DNA from: Podarcis bocagei
Lineage: Eukaryota
NCBI GenBank assembly: GCA_964188305.1
Contig: OZ076885.1
Strand: one strand, 5' to 3'
Length of the DNA: 64,000 nt
Position 1 is the stretch's first letter; each line of letters opens with the position of its first letter. Positions 1 to 12,138 of this stretch are shown here, one piece after another. Below the pieces are notes generated by a model. It was not told the origin of the DNA, ran no database searches, and worked only from the letters and a program-made list of their open reading frames with translations. The translations under genes were made by a program, and so were the position numbers.

Positions 1-197
1 CCTTGCTTTGTATAGCAGCTCAGATACTCAGAATAGCAACGTGTATCAAATGGTTCTTTGATCAGACTCTGTTGGGACCTGTTTATTTCCAGCTTCCTCA
101 CTATGTCTCTTGTTAATAGCATGTCTAAATCAGATCAGCACTGCAGCAGAATCAGGAACATAAATGACCTTCTGTATTTGATTCTATACTCTGGCAG

Positions 198-350
198 ATC
201 TACATACGCAGCACAGATTTTGATCGGACCCTGATGAGCGCTGAGGCCAATCTGGCAGGACTGTACCCTCCAGAAGGGTGGCAAGTGTTCAACCCCAATA
301 TTTCTTGGCAGCCTATTCCTGTCCACACAGTACCTGACTCAGCAGAGCAT
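198..350 (+). CDS. ACP2: Lysosomal acid phosphatase, internal exon (equivalent to human exon 4); upstream exons lie outside the window
   Basis: cag|ATC...CAT|gtaagt, 153 nt; [51 protein letters not shown], histidine acid phosphatase motif. Confidence 0.96.
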
Positions 351-677
351 GTAAGTCACTTTCAGACCTAAGTACCAGTAGACTGGACCTTCTTGCATAA
401 AAAACCTCTCTCTCTCTCTCTCTCTCCAATTGTTTTCATCTACCCTGAATGCTACCATTCCACTTCTGACTCCTTAGCGATTCCCGTTTTGGAGCAAGTT
501 GCATTTCTCAGGCCCCATTTCACCTGTCTGGAGGCAGGCAGCCTCTCTTAGAAGCATCACTTTGCTTTCAGCAATTAGCCCATTAATAAGCAGACACAAC
601 AGTTAGCATTGCTTGTAAAGATGGATTCACGGTCAAATGATCCTCTTAGTGAACATCTCTATTTTGCCTCTGTCCAG

Positions 678-776
678 CTCCTGAAGTTTCCATTATCTCC
701 CTGTCCCCGTTACGAACAGCTGCAAAATGAGACCCGGCAGACAGCAGAGTATGTGAATAAGACCATCCAGTACATG
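678..776 (+). CDS. ACP2: ACP2 exon (human exon 5 equivalent)
   Basis: ag|CTC...ATG|gtatgt, 99 nt; [33 protein letters not shown]. Confidence 0.96.
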
Positions 777-866
777 GTATGTCAAGTTTGATGTACTTCT
801 CTTTCTCTTTATACAATGGTGGTGGCATGGAGAGGTGGAAGAGCTGACTGTCTTTTGCTCCTGCAG

Positions 867-956
867 GGATTTCTGGAGATGGTGGCAAACAAGACTGGAA
901 TTCAGGATGTCTCCCTCGAGTCGGTCTGGAGTGTATATGACACACTCTTCTGTGAG
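867..956 (+). CDS. ACP2: ACP2 exon (human exon 6 equivalent)
   Basis: cag|GGA...GAG|gtgagc, 90 nt; [30 protein letters not shown]. Confidence 0.96.
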
Positions 957-1532
957 GTGAGCTGTCCATCTGTAGTCATTAGTCATTTGCCCTACAACCC
1001 ATTTAGTATCAGAAGCTGTCTGTGCTCTTGGCACTAGAACCCAGGCTCAGGGGCCAAATGCGGCCCTCAAGGCCTTTTCGGCAGCCCGTGGCAACATGAG
1101 ACACCCCACCCAGCAGCCCTTGCACTGCCAGATGAGGTGGTGTGAGGGCTCTGACAGGGTCCTGGAGTCTTCCTGTCTCCTTCCCAAAGCCTAGTTAGTA
1201 CTTTCCTAGATTTGGGGAGAAGTTGGGAGGGCTCTGGGACCTTGCCAGAGCCTTGTGCCTCCTTTCCAAAGTCTGGTGCCTTGGTTAGCCAGCAGTATGC
1301 GGACTGTGGGGGGGGGTGTAAAATTTGGCCTCGCTTCCCCCCCCCCACGGGTGCGACAAAGCTGTGTGTGGCCCACAGGTTCCATGCTAAATTACTCTTG
1401 TGGCCCACTTGGTAAGAAAAGTTGGACCACCCTTCTCTAGGCCACATTCTCTCTCATCAGGCTACACCTCTTGCTACCCCTGCTCTGCACCTTCCTTGAG
1501 TGCTTTTGCTTGCTTGGAGGATGCAGAGCTAG

Positions 1533-1534
<2 letters not shown>

Positions 1535-1572
<38 letters not shown>
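1535..1572. repeat. (GT)n microsatellite
   Basis: Perfect GT run in an ACP2 intron. Confidence 0.95.
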
Positions 1573-1575
<3 letters not shown>

Positions 1576-1850
1576 AAGAAAGCTCTGGTCCCTGTGTGGC
1601 TGTAACATAGCCAGCTGCACAAAAGGAAGAGTCACATCTGTTGTTCCACCCACTTTTTGCCTTTGTCCTCACCCACCACTGACATGTGACCACCCAAACA
1701 AATTAAGAAACAGCCTCCCCCCAACACCCCCCCCCCGATTTTAAAAACTGGGAGGGGGCAAAAGGCCTTAGTGGGCACCAAGGGAGGTACCCACTACACT
1801 AGGGGCTCCATTTCTGGCAGGCCCTTCCACATGGCCCTAATTGTGTTCTA

Positions 1851-2230
1851 GGGATGCAGGTGGCACTGTGGTCTAAACCACTGAGCCTCTTGGGCTTGCC
1901 GATCAGAAGGTTGGCGGTTTGAATCTGCACAATGGGGTGAGCTTGTGTTGCTCTGTCCCAGCTCCTGCCAACCCAGCAGTTCAAAAGCATACCAGTGCAA
2001 GTAGATAAATAGGTACCTCTGTGGTGGGAAGCTAAATGGCATTTCCGTGTGCTCTGGCTTCTGTCACGGTGTCCCGTCGCGCCAGAAGTGGTTTGGTCAT
2101 GCTGGCCACATGACCCGGAAAACTGTCTGTGGACAAACGCTGGCTCCCTCAGCCTGAAAGCGAGATGAGCGCCACATCCCATAGTCACCTTTGACTGGAC
2201 TTAAGCGTCCAGGAGTACTTTACCTTTACT
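1851..2230 (+). mobile_element. Sauria-type SINE, near full length
   Basis: tRNA-like head gggatgcaggtggcactgtgg, core agtgcaagtagataaataggtacc, tail tttaccttta; flanking direct repeat taattgtgttcta / taattgtactcta (11 of 13 match). Confidence 0.85.
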
Positions 2231-2915
2231 TAATTGTACTCTAATAGGAAAACTGCACTGAGAAGTAAGATGATCGCAAGAGAACAGAGCAGATTTGAAA
2301 CTTCCTTCCAACACAATTTCTGCTCACAGAAATTCTTTTCTGTGGGAGAGGCTTATCCTGTCTACTTTAGAGTCAGCCACAGATGTGCGAAGAACCTTCC
2401 CTTGTCAAGTTGAGAAGCAGGTGTTAGTGCAACGTTAAAATTTGCATAATCAGTTTTTACTTAAAAGTGTGAGCATCACAGTCAGACATGTTAGACCTGA
2501 AACTCCATGCAATAATGAATATTGTGTCACTTGGATAAGTAGATTAATCTGCTTATTGTGAAGGAAAGCTTGGGAGTTTACAAAATGAAGGCTACCGGAG
2601 GCTGTTAGGAAAGCACAGTTCCTTCCTCTGCATCCCAACCCTTATGCACACCAAAGATTTGAAAGCAAAGTATTTTGTCTTCATGAATTCTGATCATAAT
2701 GACTGTTGAGTTTTGATCCAAACAGCATTGCTTTACAAATGCATCTGTGGTCCTGGGTTGAGGCATTTAAGTTCAGAGGGCAAAAATTTGCCTTAGACCA
2801 TAGGGCAAGCTCATTCCGGACCAGCTGCCATAACTCGGGGGGGGGGGGCTTTCATTCTTGTTTGCCTAGTTTGTGTCTCTGAGTGGCCTCTCTCTCTCTT
2901 GCAACATCTTTCCAG

Positions 2916-3048
2916 AAAACACACAAAAAACATCTTCCCGATTGGGTAACTCTCAGTGTGATGACTCAGCTGAAGCAGCTGAAAGATTTCAGCTTCGAAT
3001 TCCTCTTTGGGATCCACAAACGGGTGGAAAAAGCTCGTTTGCAGGGTG
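2916..3048 (+). CDS. ACP2: ACP2 exon (human exon 7 equivalent)
   Basis: cag|AAA...GGTG|gtaagt, 133 nt; KTHKKHLPDWVTLSVMTQLKQLKDFSFEFLFGIHKRVEKARLQG. Confidence 0.95.
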
Positions 3049-3146
3049 GTAAGTGAAAGAACATGGAAGGCAGGTTGGGAAGGAGTGGAGGAGCATTCAT
3101 TCACTGGTCAAGAACTAGGTTCTGATAGTTTGTTCTGTTTCTGCAG

Positions 3147-3235
3147 GGGTCCTTCTGTCTCAAATAAGGAAAAACCTTACTCTTGCTGCAAATGCCTCCA
3201 CACCTCGCCACTTCAAAATGCTAATGTACTCAGCA
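3147..3235 (+). CDS. ACP2: ACP2 exon (human exon 8 equivalent)
   Basis: cag|GG...GCA|gtaagt, 89 nt; (G)VLLSQIRKNLTLAANASTPRHFKMLMYSA; frame continuous with neighbours. Confidence 0.95.
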
Positions 3236-3723
3236 GTAAGTTTGTTTCTGGGAGCTGTGCTTGCCTTCTCATTATTACCATCTTGTGAACTAAACAAAAA
3301 AACAGCTGCAGTTTCCAGCAGTTTCTCCTGCTCTGTGAAAGGAATAAGCAAATTAGTACTTCCGTCTCTTTGCAGCAACTACGGATGCTACAAAAAACCC
3401 CCAGATGCTCTCACAAGCAACAGAGAACTTTGTCACTTAGCCTCTCCTTGTAGCACAGTTCCCAATGTTCCGCTTAGTTTATTTATTTACTTACTAAATG
3501 TGTTAGTCGCTTTATCTTGTCCAGGGCAACCCAAAGCAACTTACAACCAAACAGGGTGTTGAAATAGGTGCCAGCCTTTTTTCCACGGCCCTGGAGCCCC
3601 TTTCTCAGTCTTCCTACCAGCCCCTTGGGAATCTCTGCCAATCTGCCTTCTTCTGAAATGTGGTTTTAAGTCCCCTTCCATATGCACAAAGGAGATGTTC
3701 ACATTTTTCTTCCTCTTTCTCAG

Positions 3724-3830
3724 CATGACACCACCCTTGTGGCACTGCAGATGGCTCTGGATGTTTACAGCGGGAGGCAACCACCATATGCCTCGTGTCA
3801 TATATTTGAGCTGTATCAGGAGGATGATGG
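3724..3830 (+). CDS. ACP2: ACP2 exon with the catalytic HD motif (human exon 9 equivalent)
   Basis: cag|CAT GAC...GG|gtgagg, 107 nt; [35 protein letters not shown]. Confidence 0.97.
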
Positions 3831-4409
3831 GTGAGGGCTTCATGAAGCATATCAATCAAAGGAAATGGTATTCAGAGGCAGTAATCTATCAGCCTGCTGT
3901 ACCTTAACTTTTGTCCACATATTCATGGGAGATGAAATGAGGTAAAAGTAAGACTTGCAATCTTAAGATGAAGAAGGGTTTATACTTCTCTCCCCTGTAG
4001 TGATGGAGTTACCAGTGAATATATTAGTAAAGCCTTACGTCTGATATGACTGTGATAGAATTACAAGAAGGAATATCAACAGTACTTTTATGCATATCTG
4101 AATTTAAGAACACCTGACAAAGCACATATAGTATATTCCTGTTAACAGTCCTGTTTGTAACCCAAGGTACCACTGTACTTTTATGAGTTATTTGTAACTA
4201 ACATCCAGTCTAATTTTTAGTTTTTGCCCCTTGCTCAAAAACAAGGAGGGACAACCCAGCATTTGTTAATTTCTAGCATTCCTCATGCATCTTAGGGTGG
4301 AAGGGGGTTGTACGATGATTCAGGGCTTGATTCCAGTAGAAAACATGATATGAAGATGGACGGCAAATAATCAGAATCTCAGTTCCTCTCTTCCCTGTTT
4401 TGCTCCTAG

Positions 4410-4585
4410 TAACTTTTCAGTGGAGATGTTCTTTCGGAATGAGAGTGGGAAGGAGCCTTACCCAGTGCAGCTGCCTGGCTGTGCACAGCGTTGTCCCCTG
4501 CTGAATTTCCTGCAACTCACTGAGCCTGTTACTCCACAGGACTGGAAACAAGAATGTCAGATAGCAAGCACCATGAAAGACACAG
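4410..4585 (+). CDS. ACP2: ACP2 exon (human exon 10 equivalent)
   Basis: tag|T AAC...ACA G|gtgagt, 176 nt; [58 protein letters not shown]. Confidence 0.96.
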
Positions 4586-4680
4586 GTGAGTGGAGGCTGT
4601 TCCAGTAGATAAGCCAAAGAAGGACTGAAGTGATTTCAAGTGCCATAAGCATTTTTTTCCCCCCACTTCACCCTCTGCAG

Positions 4681-4817
4681 AACTTATTGTGGTTTTGGCT
4701 GTCTGTGGATCCATCCTCTTCCTGCTTATTATCCTGCTCCTGACAGTACTCTTCCGTTCCAAGTCCCAGCCTCCTGGCTACCGGCACGTTTCCAATGAAG
4801 GAGAGGAACAGCCTTGA
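4681..4817 (+). CDS. ACP2: ACP2 last coding exon: transmembrane helix and GYRHV lysosomal sorting signal
   Basis: cag|AA CTT...CCT TGA; (E)[44 protein letters not shown]. Confidence 0.97.
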
Positions 4818-6622
4818 CATTTGCTCCAGCCCCTCCTGAGGCAGCAGGAGAGCACGGTGCTGACTCTAGAGACAAGAGGGGCTTCTTTCAGTGACTAAGG
4901 GTCTTCTTCATTTGTCCCGATTGCTGCTTCTAAGCCAAAAGGCCCAGACTCTGTGGTGGAGCTGTTGTGACTATCGGTGCAGTCGAGCTGCCAAGCGAAT
5001 AATACCGTCATGAACTAGGAGTGAAATGCAAGCATGATTTGGGGTTGCTGTTTGCCAGTACGCGACTGGTTCTATCAAGGACCCCGGTCTTGCTTCTTTT
5101 GAACCCAATATGCTGAAGTCTCTGCTACTGGTGCAGAATGGGCAGCCTTCCCAACTGAAACCTGCTGCTCCTCAGAAAGCCTTGCTTCCACCTGGCGGTT
5201 GTTACTTGAACCTCCCTGAACTGTGGGAAAGGGGCCTGGTGCTATAACTGCCTTCTCCAGCTGAGTTATTACCTGGGAATCAAACCACTGCCTCTCTGTC
5301 TTATGTACTTGGCTCTTAGCCACAGGGTCCATACAGAAGGATAAGGTTGGGGCTGGACCCAATCTTCTATAACAGAGGAAAAAACGACTTTCTCAAAAGC
5401 AGCCTTCTTCCCATTTGTCACTGACTACAGAAATTCAGTAAGTGGAACGCAGTACACTTCCTCTGTCTCCCCACTATTTTCAGCCTCAACGTATTCTTAC
5501 AAAGCAGTGCAGCCTTGTGTTTAGTGGGAAGTGAACTAGTGGAATTTAGAAGTGCTTATTAGCAAAGGCCTGGCTACAATCTTTAAATGCCCTATATCAT
5601 GCACAATATTCTGGACCAGCAGAGATTCAAAGAAAATCTGCTGTTTTAAAAACAAAGGTAAGTCTCTGAGGCAGAAAAAGTAGCTAAGTATGTTGCCCTA
5701 TAGAAAGAATCTTTGTGTATCAAGTGTAGCTTGAGAATTTCACAGTAAGGATCTGCAGCTTTTGTGGAAAATCCTCCTATCACGCCACACTTTATATATG
5801 ACAGCATACTTATTCTTTCTAATACATCTTCAAGCACTTTCTCATCATGCATGTTATATCTGACATGCAAAGAACACAAAAATAAGCATCTCTGCTGTTC
5901 TAAAAACACAAAGAAATTAAGAACACTCACAGCTGCACACAAATGTCTTGGGTACAAACAAGAAGAGAAAAAGCGAGCCCAGACCCAGTCTTGAACAGAA
6001 GTGCTTCTGAGCATATACAGAATGTGTTTCCTTCATGCTTGAAAAACTACAGCTTACCTGCTCTCTACATACACTAAGGAATAAGAGTCCAGGCATGATT
6101 GCAAACACAGGCATGAGTTCCCCAGCATACTTTGCAATCAAATAACACAGTCCTCCTCTCCAAAAAACTGAACACACTCTTTGCTTTTCTTTCCTCCCTG
6201 CTGCTTCCCATCTCCTTTCAGACATAGCTCCTCAAAACAAGAAACCAGTGTTCTCTCTGCACATTTCTCTGTCCTGCTCCCATAGGCAAGAAAGCCTCAT
6301 TCCTTCGTCTTCACCCAGGGCTCAGTCCAGGAAATCTGAGGCCAAATCCAGAAAACAGAGTCTGTCCTTTCCCTCCTTAAAAGTAGCCCATGCTGGTTTT
6401 TCTCCCCACCTTTCCCAAGTGCAGCAATTGAATTCTTCAGAAAAGAATCAGAGGCTTGAAAAGAACAAGAGGTGCTTAATAAGAACATCACTTGTTTGGT
6501 GTTTTCCCTTGGATGCAGAGAGGAAGCCAGGATTTTTAAATATGGGAGCTGGATGAGAAAGCAGCTCTGCTAAGTGGGAAGAGTTAGTTACTGGGACAAC
6601 AGCAATAAATATTTAAAATGGC

Positions 6623-6764
6623 CAGTGCTATTTTTTAAAAAAATGAAAAGAAGTGCCAGTACTCACCATGAAGTTCTTACAGTAAGCACCACACTTTTAA
6701 CATTTGGAAGGGGGGGAGGTGCCGGCACTGCGTATCCCTGAGTACCCCTAGGAAAAAACCACTG
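6623..6764. mobile_element. hAT-type MITE (CAGTG termini)
   Basis: Ends CAGTGCTATTTTT...AAAAAACCACTG; decayed 8-bp TSD; ends resemble the elements at 7588 and 37772. Confidence 0.55.
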
Positions 6765-7444
6765 GAAATAACAGACATATCTAAGCATGGGATTGTGGGG
6801 AGCTGGCAGAACTAATCTTTCCCCCAGAAAGATGTGCTGCTCATTCTGAGGCTTCAGCACATGCATTAAAATAAAGACAGAGTATTCCTGTCCCTCACTA
6901 CATTACCCATCTTCCTAGTAATCATATTTATTGATGCTTCCATTGCAAATAGCGCTATGTAAGAACCACCCTCCTAGGTAAGGCCAAAGTTTTACCACGG
7001 TGGCCAATCAGGTGCCTATGGGAAGCCTACAAGCAGGACCTGAGTGCAACAGCACTCTCCACACTTGTGATTCCCAACAACTACTTTCAGAGACATACTG
7101 CCTCCAACAATGGAGGCAGAGCATAGTCCCCATGAATTTGTCTTTCAAAGTCACCCAAAGCCACTTTCTGCACTGCAGCTTCTCACTGTTGATAAGAGAC
7201 CCGAAGAGTTCTGGGTTGACAAAGTCCATTATATTCTTGCAGAGAAGCTGGTAAAATGTGGGCTGGATGAGTTAATTGCTTAGGGGGATTTGCAGAGGAA
7301 GGGGGTACCTGGGTGTCATCCCTGGGGGGGTTGACATCGCGCCCCCCTGGGATGCTTGCCCCACCCCCACGGGCAGCTAGCCCCCCCCCCCGAGTGCACA
7401 GCATGTGTGCCGCTCCAGGTGCCAGAGCAGCTAGCTCCGTCTCT

Positions 7445-8522
7445 GATTTGTAGCTGATTGACTGGCCAAACCCAAAGAGTGTTCACTAATGGTTCCTCAT
7501 CATCCTGGATAAAAGTGACGAGTGGGGTGCTGCAAGGTTCGTCCTGAGCCCGTTGTTATTCAATGTCTTTATAAACTTGGATAAAGGCTGGACTGTTTTT
7601 CAACTGGAACTCGCCGGAATTCAATTCCAGCACCTCTCAGGTGGGCGCCATTGCCATTATAAGAGAAGAAGGGAGGCGTTCATGGTGAGTTCTGGCACCT
7701 TTTCCCAGAAAAATAGCACAATAAAAAGGTATTGAGCATATGCTCATCAAATTTGCAGATGACACCAAACTGGGAGGGGTAGTTAATGCCACAGAAGACA
7801 GAATCAGGATTCAATATGACCTTAACAAATTGGAGAACTGGGTCAAAGCTAAGAAAATTAATTTCAATAGGGACCAAGGTAAAGTTCTGCACTTAGGCAG
7901 GAATAACCAATGGGGGACACCTGGCTTGCCAGTAGAAAGTGAACTCGGGGTCTTAGTGGACCACAACCTTAACATGAGTCAGCAGTGTGATGCAGCAGCA
8001 AAAAAAAGCTAATGCTATTCTACACTGCATCAACAGAAGTATAGTGCCCAGATCAAGGGAAATAATATTCTACCTTAGTCATACCACCCCTGGAGTGCTG
8101 TGTCCAGTTCTGGGCACTACAATTTAAGAAGGATATTGACAAGCAGCAACATATGCAGAGGAAGGTGACCAAGATGATCGAGGGATGAGAGGAGATATGA
8201 TAGCCATCTTCAAATATCTAAAGGGCTGTCACATGGAAGATGGAACAGTCTTGTTCTCTCCTGCTCCAGAGTGTAGGACCAGAACCAATGGATTCAAGTT
8301 TCATGAAAGAAGATTCCAGCTAAACAACCAGAACTTTCTGACAGCAAGAGCTGTTCAACAGTGGAACAAACTTGCTCAGAAGGTGCACCTTCCTTGGAGG
8401 TTGTTAAGCAGATGTTGAATGGTCATCTGTTATCGATGCTTTGGTTGAGATTCCTGCATAGCAGGGGGTTGGACTAGATGACCCTCAGAGTCCCTTCCAA
8501 CTCTACAATTTTATGATTCTAC
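7445..8522 (+). mobile_element. CR1 LINE 3' fragment, degenerate reverse transcriptase
   Basis: Translates to MLIKFADDTKLGG, LGVLVDHNLNMSQQCDAAAKK and RGDMIAIFKYLKG; ends in a CR1-type attttatgattct tail; frameshifted. Confidence 0.9.
7588..7720. mobile_element. MITE nested in the CR1 RT region
   Basis: Interrupts the CR1 just before the FADD motif; ends gaaaaatagcac and shares catggtgag with the 6623 element in the opposite orientation. Confidence 0.5.
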
Positions 8523-9621
8523 GAACCTGCATATATTGCATACATCTGGCAACACGTCATGCAATATAATTCTGCAAAAAAAGGGGGGGAAATGGCCAAC
8601 TCTGTTTGCAGCTGTCAGCATCTATATTTTCCCCATTGCTGATCACCCAACTGCATGGCATGGTTCCTGCAGGGCAGGATGCAAACACAGAGGCAAATGA
8701 AGTCCAGCACAATTGGTTGATTACTATTACATGTATTTCCTGCAAGCCAGGTAAAAAATCAAGAGGGGCAAGATTTAAAGTTGTCTGCTTTGGTACAAAT
8801 TGAGGGCAGAAAAGGTTTCTGTGATTTATTGTTTGAGTCTCTGATTGTTGTCTTTGTAATTCACTTGGATAATTTTCTTAGCCTCCCCCTCCCCCCCAAT
8901 TAAAAACCAAGTGGAGAAAATCAAGACTGGACTCTTGTTCTTTCTTCCTCTGAGGAGGTTTTAGAGCTGGACCAAAAGGGGGGGTGCAATTGCAAAATAC
9001 ATCTTTTTGCATCATGGATCCTAGTGAGAAAACATTTCACCCCAAGGGAAAACCTGCCTTTATGAAAGTTGTCTGTATATACTACACTTTATTTTACTGT
9101 TTCTTTATGTAAATTGATGTATTTGTAGGAGTGAGTTTATAGGGTTCCACCTACTCTGCGCATTTATATCTGGTGTGCAGTTGGAACATCTTGAAACTGC
9201 TTCTTTTTAAGGAATCAAACTTGAGCATATGGAAGTAGAAGCAGGGGAGGAGATTATGAGGCGAGTTGAGCAGATTTTCAACCAAGTTTGCAAAGATGGG
9301 GCTCCTGAACCTTTTTCTTCCTACTATGGTTATTATTCTTTGATTCCTGCCCAATAACACTTCTTTTGTTCCATAGCTCTTACCAGAGGGTGGGGGAGGA
9401 GGGAGTCAAGATCTAAAAGGCCTGGTTCTTGAAAGCAAAATTATGCAAGTTACTGAAACTTGCATAATTCATTCTATGCACAGAACTTCAGGTTATTTGG
9501 GATAATGTTTGTAAAGCTCCTCGTATCTGGTCTTTGGATGTGCCTACTTCCTGGTTCTTTTTCTTCTTAGGGAGCAGTTCAGCTTCTCAGGCATTACCCA
9601 AAAAAATGTTCCATACAAAAC

Positions 9622-9627
9622 TTTATT
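9622..9627 (-). terminator. DDB2: Candidate DDB2 polyadenylation signal AATAAA
   Basis: tttatt on the + strand about 630 nt beyond the DDB2 stop, followed on the transcript by GT/T-rich sequence. Confidence 0.6.
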
Positions 9628-10251
9628 GAATATATCTCAATTTGTAAATGAGGTGAACAAAACAAAATCCCAATAGCAACTGCTGCAATATGAAACCCAA
9701 GCCACCTGCCTTAGTCTCAAACAGCCTCTTCACGAAGTCTGTACTTCTATACCTAGGCCACAAGCAGTTTATCAATCAAGTAAATGCTTCTAGCTTAACA
9801 GTTGCCTCACAACATATCTGCTTTGAGGAAGCAGTGCTGGGAAAGAACCCTTGAGAAGGGAAATTCTCACATTTTGAACTGGCATGGGAAGACAAACCCA
9901 GGTTGCTCAATACACTGGAAGGGGAAATAGTGTGTTCTGAAAATGCAAACTGAACTGTCAGCATAGCCCAGTTCTCTGCATTGTGCCATGTCCCAGACAG
10001 TTAAAAATCTGCAAGTGTGCACAAATATGGTGCTCCTTTAATTGGGTCAAATGCATGTGAGTATTGAGCGTGGACCCATTCTTTGCTCTTAATAAAGGAT
10101 TTTGAAACATACCATCCGTGATCCAGCAACATAACATCCATGATCCAGAGAAGCTGGGTTAGGGTAAGGGCTTGCTTCTCTCTGAAGCCACCATTGCCTA
10201 CCATGCCAGCACAGGCTTTGCTCTAAATGAACACCACATATGCTTGCCTGA

Positions 10252-10508
10252 TCAGTCCTCTGAATATTTTCCTCTCTTCTTCTTCTCTTGTAATTTATGC
10301 TCTTTGCCCTTTGTTTTGGTGCTCTCTAATTCAAGACTAAATAGTTTAGTTTTAAGTTTGCTTGCTCCTGTGGTTGATTGTCTTTGGTTCTGTGTCCCCA
10401 GTCGAGATAAGCGTCTGCATCTCATTCCCTGCTCTGTCATGGACTGCATGAGACACTCCTGATTCTGGGTTACCATTTCCTCCCGACTCCAGACCAGAAT
10501 ATTAAAAC
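10252..10508 (-). CDS. DDB2: DDB2 last coding exon (10)
   Basis: ggcag|GT TTT AAT ATT CTG GTC TGG; (G)FNILVWSREEMVTQNQECLMQSMTEQGMR...EKKKRGKYSED*. Confidence 0.93.
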
Positions 10509-12138
10509 CTGCCAGAAAAAAGGGACAATTTTAGGAATTCTGCTTTGGAAAGCAAAATAAAAAGTACATTCTAAGAGCTCTGACCATCACCAGCGAAAAT
10601 AAAGGAATTGTTCACATGATGCTGATACAAATGCTTTGCTCATATACTACGCAAAAGAATGAAACTTTACTATCTCTCCTCTTACCCCCATCTCTCTTCC
10701 CACTTTCTTTCCCGCCAAACCCATATTGCCTGTAACAGTAATGTCTCACTCTGAATGTGACTGGCCTGTATGAAGAAATATCTGACTTGAAAACAGAGAC
10801 TCTGTATGTACTATTGTTACCCAAGTACATATTTTAAATGATGATGATAATAATAATACATCCAAGAGCTCAGACATTGTCTGCCAGACCTGCTTACTTC
10901 CCAGCTACTAAGGTTTAATGGAGTGATTGGCTTTTGATGTTAGATCTACAAAGTCTCATTACAGGAACAGAATCCAAAGTAGTAGCTAATAATCAGGTAT
11001 ATCAGTAATTCATCTTTCCCAACACTTAACAGTACCTTTAAGTTAGACAGCTATGCCTGAGTATTTTTTTATTTCATATTTTCAAACACCTCTTAACACT
11101 TTATAAACCTCTTTAACACTTAAGACAGTTTCTTAGTGGTTTATAAAATTGTGTGTGTGTATGCGCCCCTGCAATTATGTGTAGTATATATATGGAGAGC
11201 GAGAGAGAGCAGACAAGGAAACTGAGAAACAACATTAAAATACAATACAATAAAATCCCCCAAAACAAACACAAAGTGGCAAATTATAAAAGCATCTTAA
11301 GAGTCAATTATCCCTTCCCCCTTCCTTGACTCACAATATACAGCATTCATCTCAATGACACACACACATTACATCCGAATTCTGTCTTACATCCACTCAA
11401 ATCATACATCTGCTGCTCATTCAGTATCACTCATTCCATTCTATTCTCACACATCCACCCGCTCACACACACAATCCACACACTAACTCCCACAGTATCT
11501 CCCACTCAGTCACTAGTCATCATCACCAATCACACTGTGCACTCAGCTAAAAACGTACTGCAAAAACACCAGAAGACAATGAAGCTATAGCCTGAGTGAA
11601 TCGTAGAAAATAACAAAACTAACTGCAACCCATTAATCATGCAGATTTACTGCTCCTAACAGCAATCTGCCTGTCACTCAGGTTGCTGCCTCCCACCCAA
11701 GACTCCCCCCCCGCCTCCTTTCTTCTCGCCAAGGAATCCTGATACGCCATTTACTTATCACCTGGTGTTTCTCCCCTGTCCCTTGCTCTCTTGCATGCCT
11801 TTATGATGTTGCCAAATTACCTCCAAGCAAGGAAGGGTCCGCTTAAGAGATGAAGCAGACTGGTGGAAACTAGCAAAAGTGTACAGGTTCCGTCCACAAT
11901 CCTTGGTACAGACAAAGGCACTGGTATACTGGTACTGCTAAAAGGTTTATTTGTCCCAGGTGCTAGGTAAATTTACTTAAAGAATCCATATAACTGCCAA
12001 GGTTAATTTATTATGGGCCTTCTGTCTTTTGCATTACTGCCTAAAAGGCCAATAGATGGCAGCAGTACTCTCCTTTCAATAGACTGTTCCACCCTATCAT
12101 TTCTAAGCTAAAGAACAAAGTAGTCAAGGGTCAAAGTA

